Shown here one piece after another: positions 11,100 to 20,659 of a stretch of 64,000 bases of DNA (the stretch's first letter is position 1; each line of letters opens with the position of its first letter). Source of the DNA: Nageia nagi (taxonomy: Eukaryota; Plantae; Pinophyta). The notes below the pieces were generated by a model. The model was not told where the DNA came from. It made no database searches and worked only from the letters and a program-made list of their open reading frames with translations. The DNA lies in the NCBI GenBank assembly GCA_050084985.1, contig JBITNC010000001.1, positions 44,330,001 through 44,394,000 on the forward strand, written 5' to 3'. The position numbers were made by a program, and so were the translations under genes.

Positions 11100-12857
11100 G
11101 AATTTCGGCCAGCTGACGTGGCGCATATTCACTAGCTGTCTTCATTGAAAGATACGTGTACAGTGCCGCTGTTGTTCCGCCGGTCGCTGGTTCGAATCCT
11201 TGTAGCGAAGGACGGTCTCAGATATGATATAAAATTATGGAGAGTTGGTCTCTGACAAGGGGACCACAGACATACCAGTCGCCATTCTAGACAGAGAAAA
11301 ATAAGATAAGGTCGACCTGGCGGCGAACGTTCTCTTTCCTCTTAGGGACGGATTTTAAACTGGAATTTAAATTCTGTTAAATGGTTTATCGGAATTAGGG
11401 TTTCGTCAGTATGAGCGTGCGTGGGTGGGGTCGGGGATAACGCCACATTACCGGCATTGCCATCGACGTGCCGTACGTGTCAGGTCAGTCGTTTGTTTTC
11501 TCAAATCGCGGTTTCGAGGGAGTTTTCAAGTTTGAAAATTTTGGACCGCGTACAGCCGGTGAGCCGGTTTGTCTCCGCACGGGCTCGGAGCGCAGAAAAT
11601 AGACCGTACGTCGACGTGGCAGAGTACGATTAGTTTTATGTCCTTGTCACGGCCAGTAGGAGCGCATTTTGCGAGTCGACTGTTTGTGCAGCAAGCAAAA
11701 CGTCCCCGTACGTAGGGTACCGATTCGTTCGGCGACGTGGGATTGAATCTGGACGTTGCCGTACGGGGTAAATTGCATGCAGAATAACTGTCTGCTTTTT
11801 GCGACAAGGGCTCCGGCGAACGGAGGCGAGACATAACCCAGAAACTGTATTGGAAAATATTTGTGTGTGCTGGAGCTTGAATTGTGGTTGAAACCCTTGT
11901 TGGAAAGGTCAAAATTCCCGTGGATCGGCTTATTTTCAGCGGAATTTGAGGATGTGGATCGGCTTTTCGGGGTCGATTTCGCCAGGTGATGGTTTATCCG
12001 CCCTGGCCGCTTCAATTATTTGAACAACGCTGGGTCTGAAAGTATTTAAACTTTGGGAGAGCTGGTAAGTTCTGGATCTGTTTAAAGCTTCTTCACCTGA
12101 TGTTTTTTTCGAGAAAATTGAAAGGAGTTTCAACATTTAAAATGTTGTGGAGGCGGAGAAAAAATTAACATTCTGATTACGTTGTTCCAGAGCATTTGCG
12201 GGCTGAATCAAGGAAAGTTTTGTCCAGAATTAGTGATTTTGCGAAGGAAAAGGAGTAGGAGAGTTTTAACTAGAAAAATTTGGCGAGAAAGGAGCTTGCT
12301 CCATGGAAAACGTGCTAAATCTTGCTTTCCAGACCGGTCTTTTGTCCCACGTAAAGCTGGAGGATTCTCTGAGGGAAGGTCTGGTGCTGAGCAGATGCTA
12401 AAAAGTTGCCGGTATTGGATAGAAATAGCGGCGAAATTTGGCTTTCTCGACGGCAATTTTGTCCGCTCCAAGGCTTATTTTTTTTGTCCGGTTTCGAGTC
12501 TGTGAAATCGTGAAGATTATGAACTAGCTGGAGAAAATAGCGGTTTAATTCGACTTTAAAGGATGTTTCAGCTCTGGATCTTTAACCTGTACAAAATTCT
12601 TACACTTGGCTAAACACTCCGGCGCGGAAGCGAAATGCAGGTTGAAATATTGGCAAAATTTTCAGTCGGAAAGATCTTGAAACGTGATCTGGTCGCCTAG
12701 CAATATAATGCAAGTATTCTCTAAATTTTCTAGTAGTGCGGAAATCTCTTTTCCTGACACTGAATAAAGCGAACCGAGGAGTTTTGGAAATTGCCGGCAA
12801 ATTGTCTGGATTGTAGATTTTGGCGAGGGTGTGTTTCTTTTGAATTTAAAAGCTTAA
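11100..12857 (+). promoter_or_regulatory. CpG-rich promoter/5' leader island of the SAP30-like gene
   Basis: Sharp rise in GC and CpG. ACGTG cores at 11116, 11154, 11466, 11475, 11614 and 11735. TATA-like GATATAAAA at ~11226, GGGACCAC at ~11260, telo-box TTAGGGTTT at 11395-11403, and a strong donor CTG|GTAAGT at 12065. Confidence 0.7.
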
Positions 12858-13049
12858 ATGTTGGAGTCTGCGGGGTTTCCGCACAGGCTGTTATCTCCGT
12901 GCGGTGAGGAGAGTGGTGATGAAGAACTTTCTGTGCTTCCGCGACATACTAAAGTTGTGGTGACAGGAAATAACAGGACGAAGTCTGTTCTTGTTGGACT
13001 TCATGGTGTTGTGAAGAAGGCCGTAGGCCTTGGAGGCTGGCATTGGCTG
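12858..13049 (+). CDS. SAP30-like/AFR exon 1
   Basis: ATG..GGWHWL, then donor GTAAGC. Confidence 0.93.
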
Positions 13050-16000
13050 GTAAGCTTCCAGATCTTTGAATGCCATGCCAAAATGAGTTTGAGAAATTAT
13101 AATTTTGCTCAAAATTGCATAGCAGCCATGAATTAGAATTCAACTTAGGAAGAAGTTCAATTTCGAAGCGAATTATGGCTGCATTGTCGTTAGTGCTTGA
13201 GATCTATTGTAGTGTTCTTTCAATCTTCATGCAAGAATTACTTGTTTGATGTTCAAGCTTTATGTGGCAGATTTATGGGGTGTTTATTTTAGTGGATCCT
13301 GCTTTTGTTATTTTGGGATTGATTTGGTCAATCGACGGCTGTAATTGATCTATTTAGGTTCTCAAGAATGGGGTAGAAGTGAAGCTGCAGCGGAATGCAC
13401 TGAGCGTAATTGAAGCTCCAACTGGCCATGAAGAAGAAGATGAAAATGAATGCGATAATCCATTCTGGAGCAGTTCAGATTTGGGTAAGCATAAATGTGT
13501 TTAAATGTCTTTTTTGTTCATTTATGTTGGCGGTTGATATGATGCCTTTAATTTTACAGCTTCCGAAGAGTTTCATAAGCCTTGCAAGCCCAGAGTTAGG
13601 CCTCATAAATCCACAATGTCAATGGCTAAAGCTACCATCAGAAATAATAATGTGAATGACTTGAGCTTTGCAGATTCAAGGCCCCATGCGCACGGAATGC
13701 CGGTAAAGCATATGCACTGGCATGTGTTTTTTTGAGATAGCTTTAAGAATGCAAACTACTCTGTTATTACAACATGCTTTTTTATCATCAGAAAATATTA
13801 GCATTGCCATTTGAAGCAGTAGCACAAATTGTGGCTTTTCTTCTGTTGTGATAACTTGTTATTCTGGGTTCACATATTAATTTTAAGCTCTTATTACTAG
13901 ACAAAGGGCTGGTTATAAAGAATGTGAATGTGTCTTTACGAAGATGTGATCTTCCTAATTAATGGTGCAGAAGGTGAACCTCAGTAAGTTGGAAACTGCC
14001 GCCTTGTGGAGATATTGGAGGCACTTCAACCTTGTAAGTCTTTTCATTTTTGGGACTTCTACAGACGGTGATTTTAACAAAGAAATTAATTGAAATTGCA
14101 GTTTTATGCGGGTATGTTTAAGGGTCAACGATGATGAGTTGTTCTGGCTACTTGGAAAACAGGTTGAAGTAGTTCCAAACCCATCTAAGGAGCAATTGGT
14201 TCATGCCGTAGAAAGGCATTTCATATCTCAGGTTTGTATACTTGTCAAGTGCCTGTCAATGTATTGCGTGCATACACAGCCTTACATATAAGATAATGAA
14301 AGTTTTTCGCGATTCAAATCTGACAGCGAGTTCCTTTGAGATTTAATGTGAAATTAACATAGGGCTGTTCTCATGAGAGATCTACTGTTTTGTTTAATCA
14401 ATGTTCTTACTTCATCATAGTTTCTAAGGCCCAGAGGATCCGTAGAATTTCTTTTTATATAGAACGTTCTGTGAAAGTTAAATTCTTAAATGCGGGGTAG
14501 CTATTCTTAGTACAGGGATTTTGAAAGTTTTCAGCACCAGCTAAGAAGTTTATGGCTACATGGCGTCAAGCATGTAGTAAATTACATGAAGTTTTCCCTT
14601 GAGAAATTAAAATGCTCTGGTGAAGCTGAAAATTCAATCACCCAGGGAGCATTTGCTGGGGAACCTCCTGAATTTTTCGGACAGGTACTATGCAGGCCAT
14701 CCCTGCAATTTTTACTCTGTACACAGTCCATGAAGTTTTCTTGTGGTCGGTACTAGGAAAAATGAGAATCTTACTGGCAAAATGTGATGGAAAAGGAAAA
14801 AGCTTAAGTGGGTGAGAGTAAGTAGGGTGAGGCATTTTCGCATATAAAATCTGCCACAGCAGTTTTATAATTGATGAAATTTGAAAACAACTTGTAATTG
14901 AAATATTTATTTCTAGTCTGATCATCGCATGGAGGGAGGTTGCAACAAATTTCTTAGCAAGAACAGCTGAGAAATTTCTGGATATTTTGTGAAGTTGTGA
15001 GTACTGATTTCCATTAAATTTTTCTGATTTACAGCCACCAGTCAAAATAGAATGTTAAAACTCCAATTCCCCTTTTCAAATTTAACCCTTAAAATTTATA
15101 CCTGTTGCTCTGACTAAGTAACTGAGGAGCACTCCCCTGTCTATGACCATTGTCTAATGTAGCAGAATATTTCAGATCCCATGGGATCATTGTACTGTTC
15201 AAAATAATGTGCCTCTTTTTGAGTAAGAAATTTCTAGTGCCCCCTCCGTGCAAGTGTGCTCTTGTAAGTTGCAAATCTCTGCTAGTCCCATTGTTATGAA
15301 ATTTAGGAAGCACTTCTCCGCCAAGGATGTGTCTCATGGAGGTCGATACTGGTGCTATATTGCTGGTGCAGATGTGGTTCCTTGCATAAAATTCTCTTAC
15401 TATAAAGGAGAACATGTTATCTTCTTCTGAAAAAATAGCAGCTGTCTTGAGTGTTTACAGCTGGTGCTAGTATTTTAATCCGGATGCTAAGAACATGATC
15501 CCATGGAGGTCGGCTTGCTATTTTTACTCAGCAGGCGTAGCTGAGAAATTTTAGTAGCTCTTTTGCAATGTGATCTAATTGTTAGAATTTTCACTAGAGT
15601 TCTCGGTAGCCAATAATAAATAATTTTGTAGGGAATAACGGTAAGTTTGGAAGGAAGAACTGGTTTTTGAAAGAGAAATGTGAAACTTATGCATTGAGAC
15701 AAAGGCAATGTTTATATTCAGTGAGTGCGCCCGGATTTTTGTAGCCATGATTCTAAACTTAGCCCAAACATAGTTGATTGACGTGCAATGGGACCACTAA
15801 CTACACTAAAACAGGAGACTACGTAGTAAACAAATAGGTTACCAGATGCAATGTATATTTGTTTAAAATTTTAAAATGGATTTTGAAGTTTGAACTACCA
15901 TTTCAAGGGAAAATCCCCTGTAATTGTGGAGCACAAACAAAACTTTTAAATAGCATGGCATGACGTTCCTCGTATAATGTCCTTCAATTTTCTCTGCAGC

Positions 16001-16676
16001 ATCCTCTGGTAGAAGTATGTTGCAATCCTTAGAGGGTGAACCAATGGAGGCCCCTACAGGTATAAAATGTAGGATGGCCTCATGCATAAAAAATTGGGGG
16101 CTAGAAAAGCAACCACTGGTCAAAGTAATTTTCGCCAAGTTGTTCAGTTCTAAGTTTTCCCTCCAATATTGTTATTTCCACAACAAATCTAAAAGTAAGA
16201 CCGTACTCAAAAATTAAGTAAAATGTAACAGGTGAGATTACTTCATCAAATTTATAAAATATATTTTGCATGGGACCACAATTTGAAAATATCTCTCCTG
16301 AAGTTGTGGCGATGTTCCAGGTTAAGAGAGAACAGGAGCACGTTTCAATGAGACCGCCTTATTAGTGATTAGCTTATGCGCATTCATATTTATAAGCTCT
16401 ATGAGCTTATTGTAAGCTGTGATCTGGTTGGTTCTTTGTTTGGCTTATTCTTGATGTCATTATGTAATTGGTATCTTTTTCTATATGCAATAAATACATT
16501 CAATCAAATTTCTTTATGTTTTGGAATTACTTGCGTTTGATTTGGGGAGATCTCTTGTCGACTTTTCTAACTTGCACAATTTTGTTGCTTTGCTATATGT
16601 AAAGCAATTGGACGAGTTGCAGGTGATAGCTGGATTTGTGCAAGCGGCAAAAAGACTAAAGACAGTTTGTAGTTAG
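12858..16676 (+). CDS. AFR1/AFR2: SAP30-like histone deacetylase complex subunit (SAP30 FUNCTION-RELATED, AFR1/AFR2 family), 6 coding exons, 221 aa
   Basis: Exons 12858-13049, 13358-13484, 13560-13702, 13971-14033, 14163-14231 and 16605-16676 join through GT-AG introns into a 666-nt ORF. Hallmarks: EELSVLPRHTKVVVTGNNRTKSVLVGLHGVVKKAVGLGGWHWLVLKNGVEVKLQRNALSV, and the C-terminal Sin3-binding domain VNLSKLETAALWRYWRHFNLV..PNPSKEQLVHAVERHFISQQLDELQVIAGFVQAAKRLKTVCS. Confidence 0.95.
13358..13484 (+). CDS. SAP30-like/AFR exon 2
   Basis: TTTAG|VLKNGVEVKLQRNALSVIEAPTG..SSDL|GTAAG. Confidence 0.92.
13560..13702 (+). CDS. SAP30-like/AFR exon 3
   Basis: TTACAG|..SEEFHKPCKPRVRPHKS..HGMP|GTAAAG; phase consistent with flanking exons. 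Confidence 0.85.
13971..14033 (+). CDS. SAP30-like/AFR exon 4
   Basis: GCAG|KVNLSKLETAALWRYWRHFNL|GTAAG. Confidence 0.92.
14163..14231 (+). CDS. SAP30-like/AFR exon 5
   Basis: ACAG|VEVVPNPSKEQLVHAVERHFISQ|GTTTG. Confidence 0.92.
16605..16676 (+). CDS. SAP30-like/AFR exon 6 (terminal)
   Basis: TAAAG|QLDELQVIAGFVQAAKRLKTVCS*. Confidence 0.92.
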   Translation, partial: QLDELQVIAGFVQAAKRLKTVCS

Positions 16677-17980
16677 ATTGGTGCCAAGAAAATTTGACAT
16701 ATAAGAAGAGGATACTTCACGTGCAAAAATTGGCTGGCGAGGCTTGGAAGAATTGATCTGTACCATATTTTCTTCAATTGACTATAGTCTAACTTTCAAT
16801 TATCTGAATTGTAGGTCTCTTATCTTGTGCGATGACAGTAGGTGTGATGTAGCCAAGTAGTTTCTAGAATCAGTTCTACCTATCTTTGTCAGTTCCTCCA
16901 TGCTTCTAGAGTGTTAGAGGTGTGGAATAGTTCCTAGACATTCTTCTCCGTAGTAATAATAGTAGACCTTGAAACATGAAAAGCACGCGACATTTTTGGA
17001 TGGTTCTTCGAGAGGTTATTGTGATAGTTTAGTGTAAATAGCATGTGGGTGAGAGCACATTAATATTATAAACTTACATTTTATTTAGTTTTTTTTCCTC
17101 ATGCCGAAAGGTATTATGCTAAGTTTTAGTTTTAGTTTTTTTGTGTTCAGTTGGAGGCAACTGGTAGTATGGTGTCTGGTCTGATGTATTAAAATATTTC
17201 AAAGCATGTTTGGAGTCTGGATTATCTTGTAGAAGCGATTGAGAATCCTGGATTTCCCTCAGCTTGTGTGGTAGATTCAAACTTAACGCTCTTTTGTCTA
17301 TACATCATCATTCTGTCAGCCTTTTTGTGCTTTCCAGATTATATTTCCGTCGTATCCATTATTGAGGCATATGATAGGACCCCTGATACCAATGGAAGTA
17401 GTATGTGTTTTCTTGTTTTCTTTGTTGTTTCGTTTCTTAGGCACCTTTTTTGTTAGCATTATTTCAGTTGGCCACATTTTCCCAGGAAAATACTCTTATT
17501 ATTTTGGTTTGCTGTTGTATTATGTTGCTGCACTTTCTACTTTCATTTACATTAATGTGATAATACTGATGCTGCAAAAATTGTAAGAGGCCATGTTGAA
17601 ATTGCATGTGTTTCAGAATTTCCTTTCAATATATGGTATGTTGTAGACAGTTTTTCTGACCATAAGTAAGTCGAAGTATGGTAGCTTAAAGTTTTCTGTC
17701 CTTTTTATCTTCTGAATGTCGCACTTATTGTGGCCATTATTGTGATATAATTTGCCTAGTTGCTCCTATCATCCTGTTGTCATTATTGTGATATAAATTA
17801 GTTGGTTTCTATTTATTCAGCGATGACACTTTTCGACTGGCCCATGTTACAGAATAGAGACATTTGCATCTCGTATTTGACCCTAACATGTAGGAGGCAT
17901 GATGTAGTTGCTCTTCAATGAGTTGCGTTTAGTTTCTAGGATCAATAGGGGGATTAATATTTCAATAGCATGTAGTTCTA

Positions 17981-18607
17981 GGGGAGAGGATCCAGTAGTT
18001 GAGCGTGTTCCAATGGTTGTTGAGGGTTATTATCATATATTTGTTTATTCATAGAACATATTTGGTCTAGTATTTGTGCATTAAATTATCAGTTCTTGTG
18101 CATTAAATTATCGATTTCTATACATTTTGTGTTATTAAGTAAATTTTAAGTAATCATTTTAAATTTATTTTAAATATATTAGTGATAGGGGAAAGGATCC
18201 CGTATTGGTGCATTCTAATTTTAAGCCTCTTAAAATTTAATTTAATAAAGTTGAATTATTCTAATTTTTTTTATAACTTCTTTGCATAATTGTCTGCTTA
18301 TAACAAAAATTTCGAGTCGGCATCATTAAATTTGATTAATTAATTAAATATGATTTAAACATTCAACTATTGATGCAATGTAATTGATGATGAGGTTGTA
18401 ATTTATACTCACATATAATTTTAAAAAAGTGCTATTTTACATATTTTTTATGATGATATGTATTTAACCTATCAAATTTGATGATAATGATAAAATTTTT
18501 TAATTATAAGTAAATAACTAAGCAAAAAAGAAACTATAAAGAATTTAAAGAATCTCGAATTTTAAGAAACTTGAAATTAGCATGTACAACTACTTTATCC
18601 TCTCCCC
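17981..18607. mobile_element. MITE-like element(s) with ~25-bp TIRs (GGGGAGAGGA..AGTAGTTG) flanked by TA
   Basis: TA|ggggagaggatccagtagttgagc (17981) and a second left end TA|ggggaaaggatcccgtattggtgc (18188) are inverted relative to gtacaactactttatcctctcccc|TA (ending 18607). Confidence 0.65.
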
Positions 18608-20659
18608 TATTTGTACTCAGACGAATGTCCCTGAATGTTGGACTACGGGCCATGTGAATAACTAGGTCACAGGTGTGCTTATTTTGTTGCTGTTGCAAAC
18701 TTGTCTTTTTTGCCTTGCATACTTGTGTCAATGGCAATGAAAAGAATTATTACTGATTTCCCCTCCATTGAGTCAAGCTAATCATGGTTTGTGTCTCGAG
18801 TCAAATATTGTCATCTTATTCGACCAAGCTCTTGTCAGTTTCCTCATACTCGTGTCAGATGTTCAACTCAAAACAGGCTTGAATTTGACGGGCTACCTTG
18901 CCTTTCATTAAATTTTTGAATGACGGTTTGCTCTTCAGTTTTACCTATCAATATAATATTTTATACTTCTATATATATGAAAAAATATTTAATCTGTTAA
19001 TTAATATAGTATATATGTAAATTCTGACGGCTAAAAATTGAATTTAGACTGCATAGATGGCGGTTATTTTTAAATTATGGCTGTGTTTTACGGGAAAAAA
19101 ACGCCAAAAACGTCTGAACAGGCTTCAAATTTAAACCCTCGCGCAGTTGATTTGTCTTGGCAGCATGTTAGTATTCTGTCGAATTGGAGAGCGATTCAGG
19201 AAGTGAATAGTTCTGTTTTCTTTTTACAGTGTAAATTATTAATACATATATCTCAAAGATTAGAGTATACTATTTATTTTTAAATACAGTAAAAGCTGGA
19301 TTATAGTCTGAACTTTCTGACAATAATAGGCACGTATATGAAAGGTTTGAATACCTCGATAACAAGAAACTTGAAAATTATGTGAAGTATGGGGTGGCTT
19401 AAAGGACGACAGTCAGACAGTCGTACGTCCACTTCCATCTTAATTTTATATTTTGAAAACGTAAATTCCAAAACGTAAAAAGCATGGATGCTTAGCCAAC
19501 TTTTCATTGATGTTCTCATCTAGTGTAATGGGAATGACTTCAGTATTGGAAATCGTATTGAATATACAGAAGTTTGTCCAATTTTATTAGACATGGCATT
19601 TTATACAAGGGGTAAATGAACTAATAATATCACTCGTATACTTTTTGAGCAACTAAATTAAATGCTTTGATGGTATTTGTGGATCTATAAAAGGATAATC
19701 ATGTCATCAACAACTATAATGGAGTTTTAGGTAGTTATTTATATGAGTGATGTTATTATAGAACTTCAAATCAAAGTAAAATTTTTAGAACAAAATCACT
19801 TGGAGCATGGGTTAAGCATAAAAATTAACCTTAAAACGAGAATGAGTGGAAGTAATGCAATAAGATTTTATAATATATGTTTACATTCATTTTTTGTTAT
19901 TGTGAAGTATAAAATTTAACATACTTTTATATATATAAGATTTATCATAAAAATTTGTAAATTGAAAAAAAATATAAAAATTTCTTTTGTAAATTAAGAT
20001 ATCTTTATTATTCAATTCGTATTATTTTTATTTAAATATAATTTTAATATCTTTAATAGATGTGTAATAAGTATTTCTTTTAAATTTTTGAAAAATAAAT
20101 GTAAATAGAAAGGTATGCTTTATTGATTGCTAGTTTTTGGTATCTTTATATTATTAAAATGTAGTTTGATATTTTTCAATTGTATTTTTAGGAAGTGGTT
20201 TGATCTTAATTATCTTTCTAATTTATTAGTTAAGTTTGACAATTCTCTATTATGGTGGTATGTTAATTTTAGTTGATTATATCTTGTATGATATTCCTTT
20301 TTCCATATGATATCTTATAATCTCCTTGTGTTGTAGATGATCTATAAAATATTTCATTAGGTTAAAACATATTCTCAAGTTTGTTGAGAGGTCAAAATAT
20401 AATTTTTATGTAAATAGATTCTAGAAACCTTTTTCTTTTCATTGTAAACGGTTTATTGAATATTTGACCAAGATGAATATCCTATAAACCCCTTGCGTGG
20501 TTGATTTAAAAAATACTTTTTGAATTAAGGTTTGCAATTTATAGGTTTATGATCGAGTTATTGTCAAACTTGAAAACTAATAAAGGGTGATATGAAGAAG
20601 TTGATAGCAATATTAGAGTCAAACAAGGGTGCTTATTGTAGTTGTTCATATTGACTTGC

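Noticed and set aside
11114-11210. Functional tRNA gene
   Set aside because: Only the T-loop/B-box is present. The T-stem is unpaired (GCTGG...CCTTG) and I could not find acceptor or anticodon stems.
11285-11315. U6 snRNA (ACAGAGA box)
   Set aside because: The flanking sequence does not match U6.
11395-11743. Telomerase RNA or snRNA gene on the minus strand (USE-like ATCCCACGTCG at 11733-11743; AAACCCTAA at 11395-11403)
   Set aside because: No TATA box at the required spacing from the USE, and the would-be template is too far away. A telo-box plus an ABRE-like motif explains the sequence more simply.
11421-12800. Overlapping 66-128 aa ORFs on both strands as separate genes
   Set aside because: No recognisable domains; such ORFs are expected in a GC-rich promoter/leader.
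14871-14922. Intronic box C/D snoRNA
   Set aside because: The C- and D-like boxes are only ~50 nt apart, with no terminal stem or recognisable rRNA antisense element.
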